This document shows, piece by piece, positions 1-14,827 of a stretch of 64,000 nucleotides of DNA. The notes beneath the pieces are model-generated. The model was not told where the DNA came from. It made no database searches and worked only from the letters and a program-made list of their open reading frames with translations. Numbering within the stretch: the stretch's first letter is position 1; every line of letters starts with the position of its first letter. The DNA comes from Paramecium tetraurelia. Taxonomy: Eukaryota. The DNA lies in assembly GCA_000165425.1 (NCBI GenBank), contig CT868667.1, positions 62,001 to 126,000 of the forward strand, read 5' to 3'. Both the position numbers and the translations under genes were made by a program.

Positions 1-267
1 AATGAATTCCATTTACATTGAGAAGAAAGCAATCTCAACTTAAGAGAAGTACTTGGTCTTATCATTCATTAGTTATTCCATATATGAGCTAATAATTTAT
101 TGGACTCCATTTGAATCTTAGTAGTATTCCATCATGGTCTTTACCCATCCAACATCATCATGTGAGTGGGGAAACAAGAATACATTTAAATAATCCGTTT
201 TAACCTTATTAACCTTTCCTAAGAATTTACCACACACTATTGATGCTAGGATTAGTAATATAATCAT
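1..267 (-). CDS. Alpha-mannosidase (GH38, lysosomal type), 5' part only; runs off the window
   Basis: Signal peptide MIILLILASIVCG followed by the GH38 motif VFLFPHSHDDVGWVKT. Confidence 0.9.
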
Positions 268-300
268 TTTTATATAATTATATTATATTATTTATCATTA

Positions 301-1343
301 ATGTCTGAATAAGGAGAAGAATAACAAGGAGATGAGCAATTAGGAGATGAGCAACAAGAGGAATAATAATAACAAGAATAACAGCCATTTCAAATTGACA
401 CTCAAATTGTACTATCATTTTCATTTTATTAAGCCTCCTGAAGATGCCAATGTCTTCATGACTCAATAAAAACTAGAATAGAATCAAGTGTGGAAATGCT
501 TTGATTTCTTGTTCCCAGCAGGGAAACTAGCCAAGCTTATCAAAGTTAATTATATGCAACCCAAAACATTCCCAATGACTGAAATACTTACGAAACTGAA
601 ATTAGATGATGGATTGCCTGTTGTCAATTTTATTGGTTGCAGACACAACTTTGACAATCCAAACTCTACTCGTGGCAAATTCTATGCTGGTATTGCCAGA
701 GCATGTCATAATACTGATGCAGTTATCATTGACAATGGAATCACTACTGGCATTGAAAAATTCAGTCTTAGAAGAAATTGCACTGTATCTATCCTATTCA
801 AGTATACATAGCTCATTGGTGTTGCACCTGAGTCAGTTGTCTCCTATCCCAAATTGAATCCTACAAAAATTGAAAAAAATGAATTAAGCAATGGTCATAC
901 ACACATCTTCCTGATTGGAGGTGAACATGTTGATTTAGGAACTGAAGCACTATTCAAAATTAATTTATGCAAAGCGTATCAAATTATTTATAATATAACA
1001 GAATTGCCACTGGTAAGATCAGCAAGACTTAAGGGAGGCCAAGATGCAAAATCGTTAATATCCTATTTGCAGATTCTAATGATTGTTTTGATGAGATAAG
1101 AGAAGCCATTATTAACAAATTACCTATTATTGTTGTACGGGGTTCTCATCTCTGCAATCAATTCATTGATCAAGAAAAGATACTTGATGCAGGTATCTTT
1201 CATTATTAATGATAGAATTTGAGGATATTATGACTGATAAAGATGGATTCTTTTTCCCACTAAAAAAATTAGATTCAGAAGTCATTGCACAAATGGTACA
1301 TTATCTATTGACATATACCCCCTCAAAACCTAAACAATAATGA
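301..1343 (+). CDS. Stand-alone SLOG (LSDAT/TRPM N-terminal-like) domain protein
   Basis: Acidic Q/E N-terminus, then PVVNFIG..GIARACHNTDAVIIDNGITTGI..LIGVAP..LSNGHTHIFLI, matching TRPM MHR1/2 SLOG motifs; several tiny introns; ends at TGA with no transmembrane segments. Confidence 0.8.
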
Positions 1344-1387
1344 TTTATATATATTATAATTCTATCAAAGTTAGTATATTTATAATT

Positions 1388-2296
1388 ATGAGAAGATAGG
1401 AACGGATAGTTACAGAGGAAAAAAATTTAACCCCATAGAGAGAGAAGAATAATGATGTGATTAATGTACTTTAATCTAAAAGGTCTGAAGATTAATCGCT
1501 TTTGAGAACAGATCTAATACAATTCTAATATGAGAGAAAAGAACCAAGGTTGAGCATAAAAATAAATGAAAATAATGAAAATGAAAAAGATAAAAATTAA
1601 CCTTAGAAACATAATGAAATAAGTAATTAAAATATCAAATGTGCTAATCCAACACATCAAGAGCCTGTTTTAATGGTTGTACTTGATCCTAATTTAGGTC
1701 GCCATGAAAGAATTTTCTGTTAAGAATGCATAAGTGTAATGGAATCAAATAAAAAAACAATTGGAATAAAAAAAGTGATGGAAATAACCTAAGAAAATAA
1801 TAAAAAGAAAAGGGAATATAGAGATATAATTGCTTAATAACATCTGAAAGAACTTGAATAGTTTAAATTCAACATAAATTAATTAAAGAGTTGTTTAAAC
1901 AAAAACTTAGATGAAATGATGGAAAATGCAAATATGTGGATGAAAGATTTGTAGAACTTCAGAAAAGTAGAATATAATTTAGATACAGAAATATAATGGT
2001 TAATTAATTATGAATCAAAAATTGAAATAGAATAAATGGCTGATGAAATAAAACCTTTGAATATGAATTGGGTTTCCAAATTGAATAATAAATTAGAGTT
2101 GTTTTCTACATTTAAAGAATATTCCATTTGCATAAACATATTGAATAATTTAATTCAAAGGAATAAAAGCAGACACCAGGAAAAAAAAGAGTTGTTTAAC
2201 CACTAATAAGGATAACAATACAATTCTCAACAACCCTAAAGATGCAACTTACAAAAACAATAAATTTAAGATTAGGGCGTAAAGAAAAATACTTGA
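1388..2296 (+). CDS. Hypothetical protein with Cys/His (putative Zn-binding) module and coiled coil
   Basis: Open in the ciliate code; CANPTHQEPVLMVVLDPNLGRHERIFCQEC resembles the N-terminus of the WD40 gene at 25364; 5' exon uncertain. Confidence 0.65.
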
Positions 2297-2435
2297 GTCT
2301 TAAATAATTCATGAAAGATATATTATTTTATCCAAAATAATGAATCATAATTAATTTTACAAAAAATTCTACTTCTCAAGCAAAAATATTACAATAATGA
2401 AAATAGGGTTTAAATAAATTATATAATAAAAAGAA

Positions 2436-3101
2436 ATGAAAAGTCAATAAGGATATCTATCAGAAGTCGACATAAATTAGAATCATAAAAAATACAGTAG
2501 TCGTTATAAAATGGTGAATGAGAAGCGTAATTCAATGTTAGTCTCATTGGTGCAACCTAATCGAAAAAATCTGAATAAATCATTTGTTCCTGAATTATAG
2601 GAGATGCCAATGAAATAACGAAGAAATAGTTATTAAGAGGGTATTTCAGGATAGAAAATGAGTCGATTAAATTGTCTCTACCCTCAAACTATTTGTATGC
2701 AACATGCTTTGTAGAAACCAAAGATAGACAATAAGGCTACACTGCGTAAGGCTGTGAAGAGAGCTTCGATCATGATGACAACAGTGAAATATTGGAAGGA
2801 TCATTCTTACAAGAAAATCGAAGTTCCAGCAATGATTAAATCTATCCATACTAAAGATAATTGTTTATGTGATCGGAATGCATTAACAACTCGGAGTGTG
2901 AAAAAGAGTGAATTACCTCCAGTGCTTCTCAGTTAATATAGAATCAAAAACAACGAACGACTAATTCAATACAGTCGAGATAGAACTGCAGACAAGACTA
3001 AGTCAGTTAGTCATCATTTTTCAAATCTCTATACTCATTCAATCCCAGCTTTTTCTCCAAGATATAGCATCCAAAATGCTAATATCAGAATAAAATAGTG
3101 A
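2436..3101 (+). CDS. Hypothetical basic protein
   Basis: ATG..TGA frame in the ciliate code including track ORF 2754..2936; GC higher than flanks. Confidence 0.65.
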
Positions 3102-3126
3102 TCATAATATTGAATATATGTTAGAC

Positions 3127-3810
3127 TCATTTTTATTTTAGAAAACTTTATAAATCCATTTCAATATTTTAAGCTTGACGTTTATACTCTGAATAATAAC
3201 TCTAATTTGATATATCAACTGATTCGTTCTATTGTTCTGTTTGATTTACTAGGGATCTTTCACTTTGTTAAGATTGATGTATGATCAAATAACTCTGTAG
3301 GCTCTTGTTTTGCTCTTCTAAAAGACGATTGACGCCATTTGGAAACCTTTTTTACTCCAGTAATTGGATCTCTGGAATTTTTAATTAATTATGCATTGAT
3401 TATTCAATTTGAGATGAATGAATACTTTATAAACCACTGTTCTGCTATAAAATTCCAGATTGATCCTGTTGCGAATTCAAAATAAAGTCAATCAGATTTC
3501 TCAATCCTGTTAAGTTTTCAATTACAATTTATTTTGTTATATTAGTACCTTAAGTCATGAGTGCAATGAAATTATTTAAACAATCGAAACAAATTCTATC
3601 TTCCTGAGTTTCTGTTTGTAAATTGAAATAATTCTCTATTATTGGTTAATATGATTCTCGTTATTATTTTATTGGACTCATTGTTACACTAAATGGCACT
3701 GAATACTCCTAGGCTTTTGATTACTTTACAGATATCCTTTGATTTAAGAACTGTGATCCAGTATTTAATCTTGAAAGAGCATTACAATTGCCATAATTGT
3801 TATAGTACAT
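3127..3810 (-). CDS. Hypothetical protein
   Basis: MYYNNYGNCNALSRLNTGSQF... ending ...EMDLQSFLKQK*; one probable tiny intron near 3530-3548. Confidence 0.6.
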
Positions 3811-4005
3811 TATATATTATTATTTTTTAGTTGTTATTTATAAATATTCTTAGCTCTTTAATATAGTAGTTATATACGATTCAGTTAATTCTCATTTGAT
3901 ATTAATTTGAACTGATTATTTAAATGCCTTTAATTGTTTAAGTAAGTTATTCTACTTTTAATATGCAGTCTATATTATAAATATATATTAAAATTAATAA
4001 ATCTG

Positions 4006-4713
<708 letters not shown>

Positions 4714-4800
4714 AATTTAATCAAAAATTTATTAAATATTATAATTTATTTTTATTTGCTTAAGACTTCTCATTAATTATTTCATATTCTAATAATATTT

Positions 4801-6217
4801 TCATCTCTTTTATTGGTTTATTTCATTCTATAATTAGGAGCAAAATATTTCATAAAATTTGTAAATTTGATCTTCATCATATCCTTAATTTATTTATTGA
4901 TTTTACATGGTGCCTGTCTTTTTTGCATTATTAGAGGGATTAGTCGTATGCTATTTTTAATTAGGATAACCTGATATTTCGATTTGATCTTTACAACAAT
5001 ACATAAATCCAATTAGATTAGAAATATATGGTTTACCCTCTTTTTTTTATTTCATGTCATTGTTCACTAGAGTTTTAACTATTTCCATATCAATTTATCG
5101 AGTTTATGGACCTTTGATTTATTTTTAATATTCCATAAATAAATTGAAATAATTATGTAGACATAGTAATTGAAATAATAGATGTTACTTTTCAAAATTA
5201 ATTGCCCATTTTATTTATTTGATTTTCTCATCATATTTATCCCAAAAAACAACTTCAGAGAAATGAGTTCTTATGTGGAAAGGTTATTTAAAAAGTGGAA
5301 TATGATTACATTAACTTAAGCAATTGATAAAATCTATTAATTTTTCTTTCTCACAAATCCTTTTATCTTATTAATTATTAAGTTTTGAGTATTCATCACA
5401 ATTTGATGAGGGGGTTTTTTAATTCAAATTTTAAACTTGGGCTACATTACTTTACCCGCCTATATTGATTATCTCTTGTTTTTTCATTTAATTAACTTAT
5501 GGATTTTTTATTGGAAAATTTTCCTTTAATAACGCTTAAGTCATCTTATAATAATCACTAAAATATTATAATGATATACTTGGCTTTTAATTGAATTTCA
5601 TTTTGATCAGGAACCCTATAAGATTTATTCATTCTTATTTATTCAATTTGATTATCGACATTTTATATTGAAGAAATCATTTTTTATAGCACTCCTTCAT
5701 CAAATTTTGCTACTTAATTTGTTTTTTATAATGGAAACGACTCCCACTTAAACTCTTATTTTGCATATTATTATTTGTATTCTTTTAAGTATTTTGGTAT
5801 GACATCGTCATTTTTTTAATGATCATTTTACAATTAATCATTATTGTCAATAATCTTTTCAAGTATTTTATAAGCTTTATTTCTTTCCTTTTATAAAAAT
5901 TCAAACAACTAGGGTTATTCCTTGTATATCTATTATTAATCAATATGTATTGCATTTGATAAATTTAATTATAAAATTAATTTATTATTACTCTATGTAA
6001 TCATGCTATGATTTGGATCATTTTTAAAATATTCAAGGACAGCTTCTCTTGAATATATTAAATTGATTAAGTTTTGTAAGTCTGAATAGATATAAAATTG
6101 AATTTCTGCTTATGCTTATGCTTATATTTAAGAATCTTTGAAAGTTTATTACTATAAGTTTTATTTATTATCAAAACGATTATTGGAATAAGATCCGATT
6201 TTTTAGTATTAATTCAT
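4801..6217 (-). CDS. Hypothetical protein, paralog A of a local duplicated pair
   Basis: Open frame in the ciliate code with one 22-nt intron (gtatatcattataatattttag); 5' half similar to 8454..9711. Confidence 0.7.
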
Positions 6218-6859
6218 AATAATATTTTGTTTATTTCTTACTCATTAGCTTTATATATATAGACAATAGAATAAAATTATATACTATTATTATTTAATTA
6301 TACTTATTCAAATACAGATAATTGCAATTCTCAAATACTAAATAAAAACCTCCTTGTTAATTAATAACATTAATTGATTTAAAAGTATATTAACATTTGT
6401 TAATTTATTAAGTTGTTAAAATTTCGCTAAAAAGGATTTAAAATAATACAATCTAATGCCATTATTTATTTAGCTAATTTAATACAGTTCATTAACAGAA
6501 ATGAAATGGTAAAATTTATTTACATTTGATTATTCCGAATTGAAAGGTATTTGAAATTTTCGATTACTCCTTTGGAATTAATTTATGGATATTGAACAAT
6601 TATTTTTAATAAAAAAAGTAGAAAATTTTACCCTTCAAATATAAGATTATTCTTCATTAAGATTGAAAATCATTATTTTTGTGATATTTTTATAGATTTT
6701 CTCTTCATAATTCTGAAGTCTGTCCCTCTATTAAAATTAATTCAACCATCCTTTAATTTCTTTTTTACATTTTCGAAACTATATTTTATTATATCATTGG
6801 CTTCAATATATAATCCTTTATAGTTATTATTGTAATAACCCCATTAATATATTAAATAA

Positions 6860-8420
6860 AATTTCTGGGGCAGCTGGATTTTCATTCATAGATCTTTTAC
6901 ATGTAAAAATCTAAAGAGTATAAAATGATTTCCTAAAATTTCGAAAATGGCTGACTGGAGATGCTGTCTGTTAGAAGTGTATTATATTAGATAACTTATC
7001 TGAAATAAAAATTAACTAGAAAAAATTTATAGCAATCAGAAAGACAGCATTCTCAAAAAATTAAACGCTAAGAATTACTAAAAACAATAATTAAAATTAA
7101 TAATCAGAAAGAAAAATAGAAGTGAATTAATGAAATTAGCATATTTCTCCAAACCCCTAAGATTTTAGAATTAATACAAATTCAATCAAAAGGATTTAGA
7201 AAAACCTTAGCTAACACTTTAAATAAGTTTAAACGGGAAAAGCCCTAAAACATCTATCATAATAAAAAGTATTGAGGGGATTAAGAAATCCTAATTGTGA
7301 AATTTTGGTTATCACTATACACATCCACACCACCCTAAAACTCACAAATATGAAATACTTTTGGAAATTACCTTTATAAAACAACATAGGAAAAATTTTA
7401 AACTTGATAAGAGTTATGGATGAATGCATTTAACATGATAAGGATCCGCTCTGGCATTAATAAAATTGTGACTAAAGAATATATAAAAATAAATTACAAT
7501 AATGAAGGAAAAAAATCCTTGTAATACAAATTCTCAATCTGAATAAACTATTATTATTGTATGTAATTGTTTTTCTCTAAAACCTAATACAATATACAAT
7601 GTGAATTCTAAAGGAAATTCTTCTCTCATAGATAAATTTGTGGTAAAACAGACAACATATTAAATCAAGTCTAAACTATCACTTTATTAATAATATAAAA
7701 CAGGCTAATGACCATTGAAATTAAATGTATTTCAGAATTTATAACCAATTAAAAGTAGAGATTATGTATTTGTATTTAATTGAATTAAATTAAATAGAGT
7801 TTCTTTGGGTCTTGTAAATTTTGGCTTACAATACAAAAGCGAATTATTTATACTTTTATTGGATATATCAATATAGTCTTATATCCAATTTAAGGAATTA
7901 GAGAATTATATATTAATTAGCTGCTAGAGTCAACTAACAAAAAGGTTAAAGAGTAAATAGAGTTGTATTTGAACAATAATAAATCTACTAGTTTCTGAAT
8001 TAACACATTGTGCCATAAATCTTCCAATCAAATCATTTTATGAACAGATATTGGATAATTTGAATAAAAATCAACTTTAGGACCTAAAGGATTTTAAGGA
8101 AATTTTAAAGCCTACTTTGCTGAGACCTGCTGACAACAAAGGAGTGAATTTTGAATAATTCAAATATATGTAGAGTTTTATAGAGAGTAAGTATCCAGAG
8201 GCTTCATCATGGTTTTCTCTAATAAGATACATAAAATACTAATGTTCGAGAGAACTTGCGTTTAGAAAATATAACATTAAATTTAAATTATTAAAAAACA
8301 CCAGATACTAAAAATGAGCAACTTTAGGTATAAGATGTTGAATAGAAATAGCTACTCAAATAATTGAAAGTGGTTTGTTTAAAATAAAATAAGAAACCTC
8401 TTTCTAATGAAAAATTGTGA
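6860..8420 (+). pseudogene. Probable degenerate coding region
   Basis: Coding-like stretches that switch frame and contain TGA stops not removable by plausible introns; boundaries approximate. Confidence 0.3.
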
Positions 8421-8453
8421 TTATAAAATAAAATGATTAAATCTTTGATAAAT

Positions 8454-9711
8454 TCAATTTCGCTTATCACTGACTCTTTAATACAATTCGTAAATATAAC
8501 CACTATCTTGCCAAAAAATGCCTTGCTATTTCTAATTTTTTCTTATTAATTCTTAATTTTTTCTTAAATACTCAAAAAAATTTTTAATCTGCATCTTTAA
8601 TTATTCTCTATTTTTCTGTATGCAAGTATTAAATTATGATATTTTCTGAATCTCATTAATTCTATTTGATTATGACTAATATTCCAAATATATGGAGATA
8701 AAATAATAAAATTTGCAGTGGAGTTCAAAATACTCAATATAAAGATATAGGTCTTTAATCCAATTTTATTATTAGTTATAATTTATTATTAATTCATCCT
8801 TTATTAAACTAATCCATTCTTGTAGTTTATTGTAACTATTACATTAATTTGTTTAATCATTAAAAAAACCTGAAAATATTAAATAATTAATTAATTCCTA
8901 TTTTTCGTTAATAACATTATTTTATGTGCCATAGGAGGTTTGATTGCTAGGCATTGAATTCTCTTTTTTCATTTAATTAACTTATAGTTTTGATATTGGA
9001 AAGTTTTCCTTTAATTAATATGAAGTCTTCTTGTAATAATCACTAAAATATTATAATGATATACTTAGCTTTTAATTGAATTTCATTTGGATCAGGAACC
9101 CTATAAGATTTATTCATTCTTATTTATTGAATTTGATTATCGACATTTGATATTGATGAAATCATATTTTATAGTACTCCTTCATCAAATTTTGCTACTT
9201 AATTTGTGTCTTATAATGGAAACTAATCTTCTAACTTAAACTCTTATTTTGCATATCGTAATTTGTATTTTTGTAAATAATATGGTATGAAATAATCATT
9301 GTTTTAATTACTATTCAACAATTAATCATTATTGTCAATAATCTTTTCAAGTATTTCATAAGCTTTATTTCTTTCTTTTTATAAAAATTCAATCAATTAG
9401 GGTTATTCCTTGTATATCTATTATTACTCCGAGTGTATTGCATTTGATAAATTTAATTATAAAATTAATTTATTATTACTCTATGTAATCATGCCATGAT
9501 TTGGATCATTTTTAAAATGCTCAAGGACAGCTTTTCTTGATTATATTAAATTGATTATGTTTTGTAAGTCCTAATAGATGTAATACTGAATTTCTGCTTA
9601 TGCTTATGCTTATATTTAAGAATCTTTGAAAGTTTATTACTATAAGTTTTCGTTATTTTTATTATCAAAACGACTATTGGTTTATGATCCGTTCTTTATT
9701 GATGAATTCAT
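8454..9711 (-). CDS. Hypothetical protein, paralog B of a local duplicated pair
   Basis: Open frame with the same 22-nt intron; shares the N-terminal half with 4801..6217 but has a different C-terminus. Confidence 0.7.
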
Positions 9712-10745
9712 TATAATATTGAATTTCTTTCTTACTCATAAACTTTATATATATTGACAATAGAATATAAATTATATACTATTATATAATTTTATATAAA
9801 GATTTATTATCTTATTTATATAAATTTACAAATGCAAATATTAAATAATAAAATTAACTTTTTATGTTTGAAGATGAGCATCTTTATATTCCTTCAAACA
9901 ATCAGAACAATTTAACTTATAATAATTTAATGACTGGATGCTTGCTTATGTATATTCAATGTTTATTAGATCCCTAAAAACAATCTACAATATTAATAGT
10001 TTTTGTTGTGCGATAATAAACTGAATATTGCTTAATTTTTATTTTGTAATATATTATTTTACTGTATAAATAAATATGAAATTGATTGTTTATCTTTTCA
10101 GCTAGAAATAATATAGCAACATTCATTAATGTAATTTCTATGATTATCATAAAGTTTAAATCTTTCTTATACAATATAAAAATTTCTTATATAGCTATCA
10201 AGCAAATCTATTGATGCTACAATAGCAAAGGCAAAAAGTGGGATAACATCTTTATCCTTTTTGAACATAGGGCGAAAAGCTATGTCAATGTTAAGATATA
10301 ATTAACAATTTATTATCAGTTACTAATAATTGACTTTATAAATATCTATTGATGATTTATCTAGTTATGGCAGTAGCATAAGCTGGCTTATATTTTAACC
10401 ATGTTTATAAGACAATCATCTCTTTTGCAAGAGAAAAATAAAAAATACAACTGTAAATTTTGATTATCATAATAATTGTATTTTGGCTATCCTTTGGTTG
10501 ATTCAGGTCTTGCAATCAATTTTATTATTTTCAAATAATTGATAAATCAACTGAAACTAAACTTTAAAAGGGAATAGAAACATGGCTATTCAATCATTTA
10601 ATTAATGGTCTTATCGGAATTTTATAAAAAAACGGACATTTTGATTCAGAATAATAATGTATTTTGTATGATTGTAATTTAATTAGTAATCCAAATGAAT
10701 GCTATATACCATTTAGCTAAATAAAATTTCATTAATAATTTTTAT

Positions 10746-13700
10746 ATGAAAATAATTTTCTTAGTAATCAATATGATTAGCTCTATCCTTTCATATTCGT
10801 TCAATAAACAATAAGAGATTTCATTGTACCCAACAGAAGGAGAATTTTATAAATACTATATTGATTAAAATATATTAGATTATGAATTAATATGCAAAAT
10901 TGATCCTTAAATTCCAAACGTCCAAATTATGAATTAATGCGAAGAAATATCTCAAACACAAGGAAATAGTAAAATATTAAGTACATTATGATAGAATTTA
11001 AATCAATGTCATCAAACAATACACATTTCATTACTTTATCATATGAAAATGAAGTAACGCTGTATGAGTGGAAGAATTAAATGATTGAATAAATTGGGGA
11101 ATCTGTGACAATTAATTCCTCATTTAATTGCTTTAGCATCAATTTGTATGGAGATTTTTCTATTTTAGCGGATTGTTATTAAAATAATGAATTCCTTTTG
11201 ATTCAATTTAAGGATGAATAATCAATAATTGCTTATTAAAGTTAATCATCGATGCCTACTTCAACCAAAATGTAATCAATTATTAATGGAACCAGTGCTT
11301 TTTTAGTATATGCTTAGTATTTTGAAGAATATTCCATACTTTCACTGTTCTCATCATCCTTTCTCAACTAAAGTAGTTTAAATAATTAATTTATTGATTT
11401 TGACATCACAAATACAATAAGTCCTAATATTTATGCAATTACGTCTCAAGAGATATTCTAAATATCCATATCTCCACAATCTCAATTTTATTTAAAAAGT
11501 ACTTTTAGTTAAGAGGATTTGACGAGTTTTACCATTATAAATGTCTATTTCGATTTAACTATTTATTCTTAATGTGATCAAATATTGTTGATGTATTATT
11601 TAACTTAAGAAGAAACATGCGTTATTTAGCTCTTAGGATGTTAAAATTAAATAATCTCGGCATAAAGTTAATAATGCGACTTTCCAACTGAGACTATTGT
11701 AAAGATTCTTTAAAATAGCTATTTTATTATAATTTAATTTGATGATAAAATATTTATTTATGAAAAACAATCTAATGGGTACTATATCTACCTATTAAGT
11801 CACTAAGGTAATTCCCTATTATATTTCAATTTTGATAATGAATTATTTTCATTTAATTAGCAAATAATAACTTATAAAATTTCATTTCCTTCCTTAGAAA
11901 TCAATTTAACTAATTCAGAACCTACTGGAAATAATTATACATTTTTACTTATATGTCAGAATCTAGGATACCATACTGTTACGAACTCTAGAATTTATCT
12001 TTAAGTATTACCCAAGAATGATACAAATATATATGTAATGTTTAATGAAAATTTTCCTTAAAATCAAACTTCTTTGGAACTTAATATTACAAACAACTTT
12101 GATAGTTTTTCAGGATAATTATTACAATATAAACAAAATCCAGAGGGAATACCTTTAACTTTTACATTAATGACCCTGCAACAGGCTGGTCAAATCAATT
12201 CAAGATATTATTTAGTATAATCTCTGTAGATAAATTCGATTTAGATTTAATGGGTTACTTAATATTTAATAGGATATAATAATTATTCAATCGATATTTT
12301 ATTTACCAGTTTCTATAACAGTGTATCTATCTACTAATTCTATTAACTATGTTCAATTAACATTAGTGTTGATGCTAGTTCTTTAAAAGTTGCTTATAGC
12401 ATTTATCCTTAAATGATGATTATAGGACTCAGTGCTCATAATGCAATCTATTTATTTTAATACTATAATTCTACAAATAGTATAATTAGTTATTCAAATT
12501 ATACTTTTAACTCAGAATTTTCAGATTTTTTAGTTACATACAATAATATTATCATACTAATTGCAAATTAATCAATTGAAATAATGACATTTGATTTTAC
12601 AAGTACTTTTACTTTAAATTAATCATCGATAAATAATTTGTTCAATAATGTATAATTCAATCCGATATAAATAGTTGTGAATACATAATTATTGTCATCT
12701 TTATTATATATAAACAATGTAAATGAAGTGATAATTATTTCAATTGATTAAAATCGCATTCCAATACCAATTTCATTAATTAAAGTTAATTACACAATCA
12801 AATAGATAAATATCATTAATTAATAATTAATTTTATCGTATCTATGTGATAATGACCAAAAATTGTGCTTTTAAGTTTATAATGTGTAAAACCTACCAAA
12901 TTACTATTTTGTAAAGAATCTCTATAGTGTGGATGTGGATAATACAGTAATAATATAATCAGATAACCTATTCTTATATGTTACTTTTAGTCATTATAAG
13001 GTCTATGTCTATAATCCTTCCTTGCCATATCATATGAGTTTATATCTAATGTTAAAATTAACTTCGCCAATTTAATGTGCTTAGGCAATTAAAAGCTTTT
13101 ACTATTATTCGCCTCAATATCAATATCTATCATCCATGATTATTCTTTCAAACAATACAATTTTTCAACTTTAAAGAAAATAACAATTTAGGATATCCGT
13201 GGAATTTAACAATGAAGACTTTAACAATTCCTTAAAATACCCAGAATTTGTTTTTAATTATAATGTAACTTCATCATTAAATGAGAAAGCCTTATAATAG
13301 ACTCCTAATTAAAGTATTGTTTTATATTCAAACTTCACAGTATTTTTGAATTAAAGAAATTTATCTATAAATCTAACAAAAGAAAATATAATTCCTGGTT
13401 CTAAAAATTTCTCATATCCAATGAATTTAATTCTTGATAGATAGGTTGGATTATGTGAATCAAAAAAATTAACTTAAACCAATAATTTGAACAAATATTG
13501 TAGTGTTACTCAATTAAATTATCAAAATTCTACTAGAATCCCCAATTATAGTAATTTCTCTTTAATTACTTCAATAAATAACGAATGTTTTGCTCTACAG
13601 AATAACTCTTTCATATAAACTGTTAATAGTGACTTAACTTACTTATCAAATTTAAGTTATTCAAATCTAAATTTTACCTAATGTCTAAATTCAGTATCTA

Positions 13701-14827
13701 ATGGTTACACATTGTATTCAATATGCGAGAATAGAACTTCATAGTATTTGCTTAATTTTACTATAAATTGTTAAGGTAATATGACATTAAATGAAACTAA
13801 AAAATTACCCAAAATGTTTTAAAATATTTCCAAAATAAACACCATTATAAACCAAATTTTTATTTTAGGTGCATTGTAAAATTCATAATAATAATAATTG
13901 TATTGGCTTAATTAATCTAACAACAACTTATTGGAATTAGACAAACAGAATCGTGGAGTTTGTCAAGATTTTTCTATTGCATTGATACCAAATAGATTTC
14001 AAAATGATTAATTACAATAAATAAGTGTTTTATATATTTAGAGGTTCATAGTATATAGTAGAATGATGGTGATAAATGATTCAGTCATTGAAATAGGAAG
14101 TATAACTTTTATTGATATTTAATTTGCCTGCTTTTGTGAATATTTTTTACCAACTGAAATATAATATAATATGGTTTTAATTTTGCAAGCACAACCTAAT
14201 ATTTTAATGATACTTGTGAGCGATATTTATTTTAGTTTCATTGTTGAAGTAAGGTTACGATCATATTAAGAATTTAATCAAAATTATTACTATGGCATAG
14301 GCCTTAGGACTATCCCTAATTTTGGTAATTTAAATAATACAGGGAATTCTTTTTATTAGAATAGGGTTTTGATGCAATAATTTGCATAGAATAACGCATA
14401 CATAAATGGAGTATATTTTTTGAATAATCTCTTCAATGATAATTTAAAGGTACCCATTTTAATGTAAGGTTCATTTAATTCGACAATATCTGAATATGCA
14501 ATGATTTTAAGTTAACAATATGAAAATGGAACAGCCATATACTTTAATAACTAATCTATATATAATTACCCAATAGGTACTTAGAATGTAACATGTGTTG
14601 CTAATACAAAAAATAATTATATGAATATTTCTATATTTTGCTAAAATGAATTTTCAAATGGTACCTACAACATAATATTTTATCTGCCTCCTGAATTTCA
14701 TTTTAACTTTGGTCCATCGGTTTATATGCTATTTTCCATTATTATTACACTCCTTATATTTTTCTACTTTAGATTTAGAAAAAGGACAAAAAGGGTTGGG
14801 TTTATTTATACAGAAGTCGAATTATGA
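10746..14827 (+). CDS. Large single-pass surface glycoprotein, family copy 1 (about 1351 aa)
   Basis: Signal peptide MKIIFLVINMISSILS, YPTEGE motif, one 26-nt intron, many N-x-S/T sequons, C-terminal TM helix and short basic tail ending YTEVEL*; spliced length divisible by 3. Confidence 0.85.

Larger units (their letters stand above)
5490..9785. repeat. Direct duplication of about 0.8 kb (about 5490-6295 and 8970-9785)
   Basis: Long near-identical runs, e.g. gaatttctgcttatgcttatgcttatatttaagaatctttgaaagtttattactataagtttt in both copies. Confidence 0.9.

Noticed and set aside
6860..8420. Selenoprotein or TGA readthrough explanation for in-frame TGAs
   Set aside because: The TGAs come with frame switches and no redox motif or recognisable SECIS; decay is simpler
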